DNA of 62,093 nt, counting the filler. It is 6 parts of 6 records of this genome, joined end to end, with 100 filler letters (N's around TTAATTAATTAA, not from the genome) between each part and the next. Parts side by side here need not be neighbours in the genome. Positions count along the whole stretch, not along the records: positions 1 to 31,070 come from SRR31156797_43643; positions 31,171 to 37,193 come from SRR31156797_43668; positions 37,294 to 43,239 come from SRR31156797_43680; 3 more parts are not named here. One strand, given 5' to 3'. Shown piece by piece: positions 28,613 to 37,615 of this stretch (the stretch's first letter is position 1; every line of letters starts with the position of its first letter). The translations under genes and the position numbers were made by a program. The notes under the pieces are model-generated. The model did no database searches. It was given only the letters and a program-made list of their open reading frames with translations, and had not been told where the DNA came from.

Positions 28613-28936
28613 CTAGCTGCACTTGGCCGGGGACGGAGAATCCTTGGCGAAATCATGCAGATACGTGAAAATGTCGTTTATATCTTTTTCGGAAGCCGAC
28701 CAGTCGCCGGAACACTTGATCTTGCTTGTGTCCTTGAACGTGGCAGTCCATTCAGCCTGAGTACGATCAGCCGGACTCAAATCAGGAGCTTGAGCACCAT
28801 TATGACAGGTGCGACAGTTTTTACGGTAAAGGAACTTACCCTTGCGAGCATTGCCGCCACCCATGGCAAAGGCCATGGAAACTGCAAAAATAGTAATCAG
28901 GGCCGTTGCAACAGCCAGAACGATTGTGCGGTTCAT
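28613..28936 (-). CDS. Small periplasmic monoheme cytochrome c
   Basis: Signal peptide, single CRTCH; first gene of the operon. Confidence 0.88.
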   Translation of the reverse strand: MNRTIVLAVATALITIFAVSMAFAMGGGNARKGKFLYRKNCRTCHNGAQAPDLSPADRTQAEWTATFKDTSKIKCSGDWSASEKDINDIFTYLHDFAKDSPSPAKCS

Positions 28937-29052
28937 GTTTCCTCCAGAATAAAAGTGAGTTCATGGTTACAGTTGTGACACTCTCCCGCTTTACCGTGCG
29001 GGTGTTTTTACGAACATTATAACCTGACCCAATATGGGCTCTCTGATTCTCG

Positions 29053-29079
29053 TATACCCATACGGGGTATAGGTGTCAA
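29053..29079 (-). promoter_or_regulatory. Sigma70 promoter of the molybdoenzyme operon overlapped by a CsoR-family operator
   Basis: TTGACA (29079-29074, minus), 17-nt spacer, TATACG; palindrome TATACCC-ATACG-GGGTATA at 29053-29071. Confidence 0.75.
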
Positions 29080-29189
29080 GTCGCCTAGAATGATGAAAAC
29101 CCCAATAAAATTATCATGGCACTCCTCTAATTTTAGAGTATAAGGCCCTATACGCCTAACAACATTTCACGTCTGACGCGGAGGTACAC

Positions 29190-29699
29190 ATGATCGGCTC
29201 CACTTTTTTCCCGCCCTACCGAATGCTGATCAAAGACGGTATTCGATTCTTTTTGCCACTTCTTCTCACCGTAGTTTTTTTCATTGTCGCGAGCACTATT
29301 TCCACCGCACAGGCTGCCGAAGAAGAACCCACTGTCGGCTCGGTAAAGACTGTGACCGGCACGGCCAACCTCAACCGCAACGGCCAATTGCTCATCGCTC
29401 ATGTCGGTGACCATCTGTATAAAAACGACATACTTATCACGGCCGACAACTCCTCCCTCGGCGTCATTTTTCGCGATGACACAATCTTGTCCCTCGGCTC
29501 CCGGTCGGAAGTATGCATTGATGAATTCATTTTCGATCCGGCGCACGATGACGTGTCCTTTGTTACCAGCGTCTCCAAAGGCACCGCCCAATTCATTTCC
29601 GGGCAGATCGCCAAGGTCGCACCGGACAAGATGACTGTAGAGACGCCCCTTTCAACTATCGGAATCCGGGGCACCCGATTTCTCGTCAAGGTCGATTAG
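29190..29699 (+). CDS. FecR-domain protein (start may be slightly downstream)
   Basis: VGDHLYKNDILIT...FRDDTILSLG...ETPLSTIGIRGT. Confidence 0.85.
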   Translation: MIGSTFFPPYRMLIKDGIRFFLPLLLTVVFFIVASTISTAQAAEEEPTVGSVKTVTGTANLNRNGQLLIAHVGDHLYKNDILITADNSSLGVIFRDDTILSLGSRSEVCIDEFIFDPAHDDVSFVTSVSKGTAQFISGQIAKVAPDKMTVETPLSTIGIRGTRFLVKVD

Positions 29700-29708
29700 G
29701 AGCACACC

Positions 29709-30281
29709 ATGAAAAAAATCACTCTGCTTATTTTCAGTTTATTACTGTTGGTCGGATGCGGTCAGAAAGTCGTTCTTCTGCCTGATCTGGATGGACATGT
29801 CGGACAGGTTACCGTGACTGCCCATTCAGGCGAAACAGTGACTCTGAACCAAGCCAATCAGACTGTCAGCGGAAAAGATGACGTATATACAATGTCAGAA
29901 AGCGAAGTTCAGTCTGCCTTTTCAGAGGCATTGGCTGCCCAGCCGGAGCCGACTGCACGGTTCCTACTGTACTTCTTCAGTGATTCAACCAAGCTCAAAG
30001 CTGAATCCGAAACAGTACTTTCTAAAATCATGGAGAGTTATCGGACGCGCTCATCCACCGACGTCTCAATAATCGGCCACACCGATACGGTCGGAGAAAA
30101 GCAATACAACTATGATCTCTCGCTCAGGCGGGCACTCAGCATTAAAAAGAAACTCATAAAAGACGGAATGCCTGCGGATATAATCCAGACCACATCCCAT
30201 GGAGAAACCAATCCTCTGATCCCTACAGCGGACGGCAAGCGGGAACCAAAGAACAGACGGGTAGAGGTCCTTGTCAGGTAG
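29709..30281 (+). CDS. OmpA-domain lipoprotein
   Basis: Lipobox LVGC; GHTDTVG, NYDLSLRRA, NRRVEV. Confidence 0.9.
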   Translation: MKKITLLIFSLLLLVGCGQKVVLLPDLDGHVGQVTVTAHSGETVTLNQANQTVSGKDDVYTMSESEVQSAFSEALAAQPEPTARFLLYFFSDSTKLKAESETVLSKIMESYRTRSSTDVSIIGHTDTVGEKQYNYDLSLRRALSIKKKLIKDGMPADIIQTTSHGETNPLIPTADGKREPKNRRVEVLVR

Positions 30282-30287
30282 GATTTC

Positions 30288-31013
30288 TTACCAAAGGCGA
30301 TCGCCAAAGGCTCGATGAAAACCGTGTTCGCGTATGCGATTCACGGTTTTTTGAATGTCATATTTGACAAAACGCATGGTTAAAAGACGGGATTCAACAT
30401 CAAAAAGCCCGTATTTGGCCCGGTTGTTACCGTCTCGCGGCTGACCAACGGCTCCGATATTCACCAGATGCCGCATGTCGGGTTCAAGCGGGGTATCCCC
30501 TTGGCAAAGAGAAAGCTTTTCATATACCCCATTTCGATGAACATATCGGATCAAATCATGGGTATGCCCCACAAAACAAATCTCTTCTGAATAACGAGCA
30601 AAAACTTCACCCATACTTTTTTCATGTTTCCACAAGTACTCGGCCACGACGTCCGGCGGTGTGCCATGGACAAACCTACACCCATATTCCACCATGCTCT
30701 TGGGGCGGGACACGAGCCATTGGTAAGTCTCTTCGGAAATCATCTCACGAGTCTTGCGCAAGGCATCCGCAGCAGGTTGATTAAACCCTCGCAGATAATA
30801 AATATTGATCAGTCCCTGTTCATGGTTGCCCATGAGGCACTTGACCCCGCGTTCGCGAAGCAAATCTACACATTCCTGCGGCTGCGGCCCATATCCAATC
30901 TGGTCGCCCAGACAATACACCGCGTCCACAGCAAACCCATCAAGGTCCGCTAGCACAGCTTTCAATGCCTCAAAATTGGCATGAATATCCGACATGACGG
31001 CAATTCGACTCAT
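30288..31013 (-). CDS. Calcineurin-like metallophosphoesterase
   Basis: SDIHAN, LGDQIGYG, GNHE, VGHTH, GQPRDG. Confidence 0.9.
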   Translation of the reverse strand: MSRIAVMSDIHANFEALKAVLADLDGFAVDAVYCLGDQIGYGPQPQECVDLLRERGVKCLMGNHEQGLINIYYLRGFNQPAADALRKTREMISEETYQWLVSRPKSMVEYGCRFVHGTPPDVVAEYLWKHEKSMGEVFARYSEEICFVGHTHDLIRYVHRNGVYEKLSLCQGDTPLEPDMRHLVNIGAVGQPRDGNNRAKYGLFDVESRLLTMRFVKYDIQKTVNRIREHGFHRAFGDRLW

Positions 31014-31070
31014 GAAGCAACCCTATACTCTACAGTCCTTTACAGCAAGATGTGAGATTGCCTCCGGCGG

Positions 31071-31170
31071 NNNNNNNNNNNNNNNNNNNNNNNNNNNNNN
31101 NNNNNNNNNNNNNNTTAATTAATTAANNNNNNNNNNNNNNNNNNNNNNNNNNNNNNNNNNNNNNNNNNNN
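31071..31170. other. Artificial contig linker
   Basis: N44-TTAATTAATTAA-N44 (stops in all six frames). Confidence 0.98.
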
Positions 31171-31343
31171 GAAAAAAAGCTGTCGTTTTCAACACCCTTA
31201 TATACAGATTCAATCGTCAAGAAAAATGATTTTTTATTGTGGGCAATCGATTCTATGATAAAAATATCCGGGAAACGGCCTTAACACTCGGTTAAAAATC
31301 ACAGGTTTGGCACGGATGGTGTTAAAATGATTATCCAGCTGGA

Positions 31344-34300
31344 TCAGTCCTCGTTGATCTCTTCGATCTCGCCCTCCACATCGAGATAGGCCTGTTTCAA
31401 CTCCTCCTCCATGGCGTCATCGGCCTGCCAGAGGCCACGGGCGGAGGCTTCCAGGAGTTTGTCCAGGATATTCTGGAGGGCATAGGGATTGACCGCCTGC
31501 ATCCACTCCCGAATCTGGGGATCCAGGGGGACTTTTTGGGCAAACCTGCGGTACATTGCCTCGTCGATCACGTCGGCTGTGGCATCCCAGCCGATGATGA
31601 TGTCCATGGCCTTGGAAAGATCCCCGGCCCCTTTGTAGCCGTGTTCTTTCAGGCCCTGTATCCATTTGGGGTTCAGGAGGCGGGACCTGAAAACGTGGCG
31701 GGCCTCTTCGGCGGTGGTGCGCATTTTTACCCGTTCCGGGTCTGAGGAATCCCCGGCCAGGGAAAAGGGCAGACTGCCCTGTACGGTTCTTACGGCGGAG
31801 ATAAGACCTCCGTGGTAGTTATAGTAATCGGTGCAGAGCATCATGTCCTTTTCCCGGGTATCCTCGTTCTTCACGGTGACGGACATGCGGTTAAGGGCCC
31901 TTCTGAACCCTTTTTCACAGGGCTTGCCAAAGGTGTCTTGGCCGTAGGCGTGGGACGACCATTGGATGAACATGTTGCCGATATCTTCGGTGGTTTCCCA
32001 GCGTTTGGATTCGATAAGCTCCGCCACCCCGGCCCCGTAGCTTCCGGCGGGGGAGCCGAAGATCCTGAAGGTGGCCTCCCGGAAGGCTTCGTCCCGGTCC
32101 ATGCCTTTTCGGGCAAGGTCGTCCATGTCCCGGATCACATGGGAGCGGATGAAATTGGCGGCGGGGTCTTCCTTGAGCCGGGCCACCATTTGAACGCCCT
32201 TGTCGATGAGATCCGTGAGCAGGGGGAAGGCGTCCCTGAATATGCCGGAAATCCTTGGGGTGACATCGATGCGGGGACGATTCAGCTGATGGGCGGGTAT
32301 GACTTCCAGGCCCAGAACATTGCCCGATCCTTTCTGCCACACGGGTTTCACCCCCATGAGATAAAGGATTTCCGCGATGTCGTCTCCCTTGGAGCGCATG
32401 GTGGGGCTGGCCCAGAGGATCATGCCCACGCTTTCCGGGTATTGGTTGTCATGGGCCTTGCGGTAGCGGTCGATGAGGGCGTCCCCCAGGCGTTTGCCCA
32501 CCTCCCAGGCGGCGGGTGTGGGGATCTTCTGGGGATCAACGGAATAGAAGTTCCGGCCCGTGGGGAGGATGGAGGCGTCTCCCCTGCTGGGCGCGCCCGA
32601 CGGACCGGGGGGCACGAACCGCCCCTCAAAGGCATCAAGGCAATGGGTGATCTCGTCCGAGGTCTTCAACAGCCGGGGAAGAAGGTCTTCCATGGCATAC
32701 TCGAGCACTTCCAGGACCCTGGCATCGGTCTTGCCCAGGTGGTTTTCAATGGGAGTGTTGTAATCCGGGGACGCGCCTTGTGTTGCTTTTTTTGCTTTAA
32801 ACGCATCGGTGACGAGCGCCAGGGAAACGGCGTGGGCCTGTTCAAGGATGCGGCCCCTGTGGGGGTGTTCCATGACCGATTCAAAATCATGGCCCAGGGC
32901 GGTTATGACGGCTTCCCTGAGGGAGGGCACCGGGCCGTTGGCAAGCCGGGTCATCTGGACAATGGTTTCCGCGAGGCGCTCCTGCTCCGGGAGGCTGCCG
33001 AGGATGTGCAGGCCCTGGGTGATGGCCGTGTCCGCTATTTCGCTGAGGCAGTGGTGGAGTTTATCCATGAAGCCGTCAAAATCGGCCATGGCCCGGGTTC
33101 GGTCCATTTCGAGGTCCCTGTCAAGGTCGGCGGCCTTGACCGCGTCCCAGATCATGGGCTTTAGAACCTCGGTCTTTGACGGGTCCTGGATTTTGGCTTC
33201 CTGGTACTCCTTTATGAGGTTGTCCACCGGGACCAGCTCATCGTAAAGGTCCGCGTTGGCAAGGGCCGGGGGCAGGTGGTCGATGATGCAGGCAAAGGAG
33301 CGGCGCTTGGCCTGGGTGCCTTCCCCGGGATCGTTGATGATATAAATATAGGTGTTGGGCAGATCCATGATGGCAAGATCGGGACAGCACTCGGGGCCGA
33401 GGCCAACGGCCTTGCCGGGCAGCCATTCCAGGGAGCCGTGCTTGCCCACATGGAGGACGGCATCGGCCTTGAAGACCTCTTTGATCCACCGGTACTGGGC
33501 CAGGTAATGATGGGGCGGAGACAGGTGGGGATCGTGGTAGAGAGCGTCCACCTGTTCCAGGTAGCCACGGGGGGGCTGGATGGTGATGAACAGGTTGCCG
33601 TTGACCAAGCCGGGGAACAGCAGGCGGTTGTCATGGACAAAGAAATCCCCGGGCATGCTGCTCCAGTCTTTTGTCATTTTGGCGCGGACCTTTTCTGGCA
33701 GGGCGTCATGCCAGGGGAGATAGGTGTCGGGGCCTGCCGTGGCCGTGGCCCGTTCTGCCATCTGCTCGGGCAGAAGGAAGCGACGGTCACAGGTCATGCC
33801 GCTGACAAGGGTCTTTGCGAGCGCGTCCCCGGTGGCATAGGGGTTGGCAACCCGGTATCCCCTTTCCTGCATGTGGTCGATCAGGCGCTTGACGCTCTCA
33901 AAGGAATCCAGGCCGGAGGCGCAACCGATGCGATCGTTCCGGGGAGGATAATGGTGGAAGATGATGGCTATTTTCTTGTCCCGGTTGGGCTTGTGCCTGA
34001 GTTTTGCCCAGTTGGCGGCAAGGCGCACCATCTTTGTGATCCGTTCCGGGATGGGCAGGTAGCGGTTGATGGCGGACCCGGTGATGGGGTCCGTGCCGGT
34101 GAACTGCTTGGCGGCCACGGGCACGGTGATGATGACGCCGTCAAGCTCCGGCTGGGCCACCCCGATGGTGATATCCACATTGTTCAGGCCCTGGGGACTC
34201 TCTTCCCACTGGGTGATGGTCTGGCCGGTGGAGATGGCCTGGATCACCGGGACACCCAGGCGGTCCAGCAGGTGTTTATATTCCTTGGAGGCCATGCCGA

Positions 34301-35111
34301 GGCTGAACATCACGGGATTAATCAGGGCGTCAATGAGGGGCTTCCCATTGTCCATGAAGAAATGGTCGATCACATAATCGGCCCCGTGGTTGTTGATCCG
34401 TTTGTCCCTGAAGCGGGTGTGGAACACACAAAGGACATTGTTGCCCTGGCGTTCGGCTTCCCGGACCATGGCGTCGATGTGGTCCTTGTTGTTGGTCACC
34501 CAGAAGTTCTGGTAGAACCAGATCCCAAGGGTGGGTTTACCGGGATCGAGTTGCTTGAGATAATCTTTCGGGTCCGGGACATGGCCGAGATCGGGATGGT
34601 AGATCCCCTCGCTGGGGGGCCGTACCGGGGGGACGGGTGGTGTGGTGATGCCGCCCATGCGATTGTGCAGGCAGATGAGCATATTCCTGAGATTGTCCAC
34701 GCCGCCGTACCGGTAATATTGGTTCAGGGTCTGCCACAGCCCGTCCGCGACGCCATCGGAATATTGCTGCACCATCTCCATGGAATCTGGGTTGGTTCCC
34801 GTGGGCTGGACATGGAAATGGGGGGTGGGCACGCCCTTTTTGCGCTGGTTTTCAAGGGCATGGATCAGCGCCTCCCAGGCGGGACAGGAGCGGTTACCGG
34901 ACATGAGGGTGACAATGATGACATTCGCCCCAAGTGCCTTGGCAACAAACTCCTTTTGTGCGTGCTCCGCGTTCTCAAGCTGGGTGCGGGTCCGTGCAAA
35001 GACCGCCACGGGCGCCACCCTGGATTGAAACTCAAGGATGGCCGTGCTCAGGTTGGGAATCTCGTTGGAGGTGACGCTGAAATAGACAAGTTTCATGCTG
35101 TCCCTGCTCAC
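31344..35111 (-). CDS. cobN: Cobaltochelatase subunit CobN
   Basis: 1255 aa; HVGKHGSLEWLPGK, GPSGAPSRG, LPTGRNFYSVDP, RSRLLNPKWI. Confidence 0.93.
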   Translation of the reverse strand: MSRDSMKLVYFSVTSNEIPNLSTAILEFQSRVAPVAVFARTRTQLENAEHAQKEFVAKALGANVIIVTLMSGNRSCPAWEALIHALENQRKKGVPTPHFHVQPTGTNPDSMEMVQQYSDGVADGLWQTLNQYYRYGGVDNLRNMLICLHNRMGGITTPPVPPVRPPSEGIYHPDLGHVPDPKDYLKQLDPGKPTLGIWFYQNFWVTNNKDHIDAMVREAERQGNNVLCVFHTRFRDKRINNHGADYVIDHFFMDNGKPLIDALINPVMFSLGMASKEYKHLLDRLGVPVIQAISTGQTITQWEESPQGLNNVDITIGVAQPELDGVIITVPVAAKQFTGTDPITGSAINRYLPIPERITKMVRLAANWAKLRHKPNRDKKIAIIFHHYPPRNDRIGCASGLDSFESVKRLIDHMQERGYRVANPYATGDALAKTLVSGMTCDRRFLLPEQMAERATATAGPDTYLPWHDALPEKVRAKMTKDWSSMPGDFFVHDNRLLFPGLVNGNLFITIQPPRGYLEQVDALYHDPHLSPPHHYLAQYRWIKEVFKADAVLHVGKHGSLEWLPGKAVGLGPECCPDLAIMDLPNTYIYIINDPGEGTQAKRRSFACIIDHLPPALANADLYDELVPVDNLIKEYQEAKIQDPSKTEVLKPMIWDAVKAADLDRDLEMDRTRAMADFDGFMDKLHHCLSEIADTAITQGLHILGSLPEQERLAETIVQMTRLANGPVPSLREAVITALGHDFESVMEHPHRGRILEQAHAVSLALVTDAFKAKKATQGASPDYNTPIENHLGKTDARVLEVLEYAMEDLLPRLLKTSDEITHCLDAFEGRFVPPGPSGAPSRGDASILPTGRNFYSVDPQKIPTPAAWEVGKRLGDALIDRYRKAHDNQYPESVGMILWASPTMRSKGDDIAEILYLMGVKPVWQKGSGNVLGLEVIPAHQLNRPRIDVTPRISGIFRDAFPLLTDLIDKGVQMVARLKEDPAANFIRSHVIRDMDDLARKGMDRDEAFREATFRIFGSPAGSYGAGVAELIESKRWETTEDIGNMFIQWSSHAYGQDTFGKPCEKGFRRALNRMSVTVKNEDTREKDMMLCTDYYNYHGGLISAVRTVQGSLPFSLAGDSSDPERVKMRTTAEEARHVFRSRLLNPKWIQGLKEHGYKGAGDLSKAMDIIIGWDATADVIDEAMYRRFAQKVPLDPQIREWMQAVNPYALQNILDKLLEASARGLWQADDAMEEELKQAYLDVEGEIEEINED

Positions 35112-36160
35112 CTGGAAGCGCTCTTTCTGTTTTGATTGCGGAGCCCGTTGATATCGGTGGACACTTCCTGGAGGGGCTTTCGCCGTATCCGGTGGGGAAG
35201 GGCCAGCTCAGCCGCATGTTCGACATCCTTGAGGGTCACCTCTGTCCGGCCATGGTAGGCGGCCAGGGTCTTGGCGGTTTTCAGGATGATGATATCGCCC
35301 CGGTGGCCGTCCACCCCCACATCCAGGCAGAAGGACGCAATCTCGAACAGCAGGGGCCGTTCAATGGTGACCTGGGGATAGAGGGCAATGGCCTGCTCGA
35401 TCTTTTCCGAAAGGGCCTTTGATTCCGCCTGGTGGCGCCGGCAGAACCCGGCGGGGTCCTCGTCGAATTCCGCCCGCCGTTCCATGACCGCCACCCGCTC
35501 CTCGGGATCGTGGGAGCCTTCGATGCTGACGCAGAGTCCAAACCGGTCCAGGAGCTGGGGCCGAAGCTCGCCCTCCTCGGGATTCATGGTGCCCACGAGC
35601 GTGAACCGCGCAGGATGGGAAAAGGAGACCCCTTCCCGCTCGATGGTGTTGACGCCCATGGCGGCGGAGTCGAGCAGCACATCCACCACATGGTCGTCCA
35701 GAAGATTCACCTCGTCTACATACAGGATGCCCCGGTGGGCCGCGGCAAGGATGCCGGGATCAATTCTTTTCTCACCGTTCTTCAGGGCATGCTCAAGGTC
35801 CATGGTGCCCACCACCCGGTCCTCGGTGGCGCCCACGGGCAGTTCGATCACCTTGATTTCGTCCATGCGGGTCTCGGGAACACCATCCGTATTTTTGCCG
35901 CCGGGACAGTCCGCAGCAGCGCATTTTTCGCAAATCTCCCCGGTTTCCGACACCCGGAGCCGGAACGGACATTGGTTTATGACCTCGATCTTTGGCAGGA
36001 TTTCCGCCAGGGCCCTGACCGCCGTTGATTTTGCCGTGCCCTTCTCCCCCCGGATCAGCACCCCGGAAAGGGCCGGGTTGATCACGTTGAGTATCAGGGC
36101 GAGTTTCATCTGTTCCTGGCCCACAATGGCGGTAAAGGGAAAGGTCTCTCGCTTTTCCAT
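35108..36160 (-). CDS. chlI: Chelatase AAA+ ATPase small subunit (ChlI/BchI-like)
   Basis: FPFTAIVGQ, GEKGTAKST, LYVDEVNLL, GTMNPEEGELRPQLLDRFG. Confidence 0.92.
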   Translation of the reverse strand: MEKRETFPFTAIVGQEQMKLALILNVINPALSGVLIRGEKGTAKSTAVRALAEILPKIEVINQCPFRLRVSETGEICEKCAAADCPGGKNTDGVPETRMDEIKVIELPVGATEDRVVGTMDLEHALKNGEKRIDPGILAAAHRGILYVDEVNLLDDHVVDVLLDSAAMGVNTIEREGVSFSHPARFTLVGTMNPEEGELRPQLLDRFGLCVSIEGSHDPEERVAVMERRAEFDEDPAGFCRRHQAESKALSEKIEQAIALYPQVTIERPLLFEIASFCLDVGVDGHRGDIIILKTAKTLAAYHGRTEVTLKDVEHAAELALPHRIRRKPLQEVSTDINGLRNQNRKSASR

Positions 36161-36193
36161 CTTACTGTCTCCTTATGTTTTATGCCTTAAGCC

Positions 36194-37192
36194 TTAAGCA
36201 GAAACTCTGGCGAGCTCCACCAGGGCCTCGGCCTTAAGATCATCGATTTTACAGCACTCCGCGCCCAGGGCGGCGGCAAGTTTGCCCGCAAGCCCGAAGG
36301 TGACAATGCCCTGGGATTCCGTGTCCACCACAATGTATTTGACCCGGTCGTCCTCCCCCATTTTGGAGGCAAACAGAAGCGCCTCGTCAACGGGCCGGTT
36401 CTCCCCCAGGGCCACATTGGATTTCCCGTCGGTGATGACGAGAACAATGGGCCGGGAGCCGGGGTCCCTATGGAGGGCGCTGGTGACCAGCTGGTGGGTT
36501 TTGTCGAGGCCCGCAGAGAGCGGGGTGCGTCCGCCCACGGGCATCTCCTTGAGATAGGCGGCGGCAAGTTCAATGGACGAGGTGGGGGGCAGGTTCACCC
36601 AGGCTTCGGACTTCCTGAAGGATACCATGGCCACCCGGTCCCGCTTCTGGTAGGCGTCCAGGAGCAGGGAGAGGATCGCCCCCTTGGAGGCCGCCATGCG
36701 TCCCTTGGCCCCCATGGAGCCGCTTGCGTCCACCAAAAAGACAAGGAAATTGCCCATGCGTTTTTCCCGGATCTTCTCCCGGATATCCTCGGGTTTGAGG
36801 CACACCTGCAATCCCGGGGGAATTTTTCGTGTTGCCTGGAACGGGGCCGCGGCCCGGAGGGTGGCGTCCAGGGCCACATCGTTGTTGACCCGCTTCATGG
36901 TGGACTTCACATACCGGCCCTGCTTCTGGGAAACCCGGCTCCGGGATCGCCGGCCCGATCCCCTTCTCACCCGGCGGTCCTTGGGAGAAGAGATCTTTTT
37001 CACCTGGAAGGAAGGACCGACATCAAAGACCTGCTCCGGGGCCTGCCGGTTATTGTCTTCCCCGGACTCCGGGGAGTTATCCCGGCCGTTGTCGGGCGGT
37101 TCCGTCTCCTGGGACCGGGGATCCGGTTCTTCCCTTTCGGGCTGGCCGGGCGGGTCTGGCGGATCTGAATTATCTTGGTCTGTCTGCTCCGG
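36194..37192 (-). CDS. chlD: Chelatase medium subunit (ChlD/BchD-like), 5'-truncated: acidic/Pro linker plus VWA domain
   Basis: Frame open to the contig edge (PEQTDQDNSDPPDPP...); DATLRAAAP, DASGSM MIDAS, GGRTPL, ITDG. Confidence 0.88.
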   Translation of the reverse strand, partial: PEQTDQDNSDPPDPPGQPEREEPDPRSQETEPPDNGRDNSPESGEDNNRQAPEQVFDVGPSFQVKKISSPKDRRVRRGSGRRSRSRVSQKQGRYVKSTMKRVNNDVALDATLRAAAPFQATRKIPPGLQVCLKPEDIREKIREKRMGNFLVFLVDASGSMGAKGRMAASKGAILSLLLDAYQKRDRVAMVSFRKSEAWVNLPPTSSIELAAAYLKEMPVGGRTPLSAGLDKTHQLVTSALHRDPGSRPIVLVITDGKSNVALGENRPVDEALLFASKMGEDDRVKYIVVDTESQGIVTFGLAGKLAAALGAECCKIDDLKAEALVELARVSA

Positions 37193-37193
37193 G

Positions 37194-37293
37194 NNNNNNN
37201 NNNNNNNNNNNNNNNNNNNNNNNNNNNNNNNNNNNNNTTAATTAATTAANNNNNNNNNNNNNNNNNNNNNNNNNNNNNNNNNNNNNNNNNNNN
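37194..37293. other. Artificial contig linker
   Basis: N44-TTAATTAATTAA-N44. Confidence 0.98.
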
Positions 37294-37605
37294 CTTTTTT
37301 TTCTTTTTAAACATTTCCAACATGCGGTCGGTAACGGCAAATCCACCTACCACGTTTAGTGTACCAAAAATCAGGGCCAAAATACCTAATACCAAATCAA
37401 GAGAAAATTTCGAAAGGTCGGCATGGCCTACAAGAATAATACCTCCGATAATGATAACTCCACTAATTGCATTTGCTCCCGACATTAGCGGAGTATGCAA
37501 AACAGCCGGTACATTGGAAATCACTTCAATACCCAAGAATATGGATAAAGCGATTACAAAAATGGCTTCTTTATATTCAAAGAAAAATGTTAATACTTGT
37601 TCCAT
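37294..37605 (-). CDS. pntA: NAD(P) transhydrogenase alpha subunit, membrane part; runs to the contig edge
   Basis: VPAVLHTPLMSGANAISG...NVVGGFAVTDRMLEMF. Confidence 0.92.
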
Positions 37606-37615
37606 ATCTGAGTTT

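Noticed and set aside
31115-31126. TTAATTAATTAA palindrome recurring five times inside N runs
   Set aside because: Synthetic six-frame-stop linker, not a biological repeat
31306-31323. Sigma-54-like TGGCACG motif
   Set aside because: -12 element lacks GC and it points into the 3' end of cobN with no gene to drive
31812-35135. Long plus-strand ORFs (450 and 619 aa) opposite cobN
   Set aside because: Antisense shadows of a GC-rich gene; no motifs
36194-37193. Programmed frameshift as reported for some chlD genes
   Set aside because: The visible part is one open frame and a separate chlI exists; the 5' half is missing
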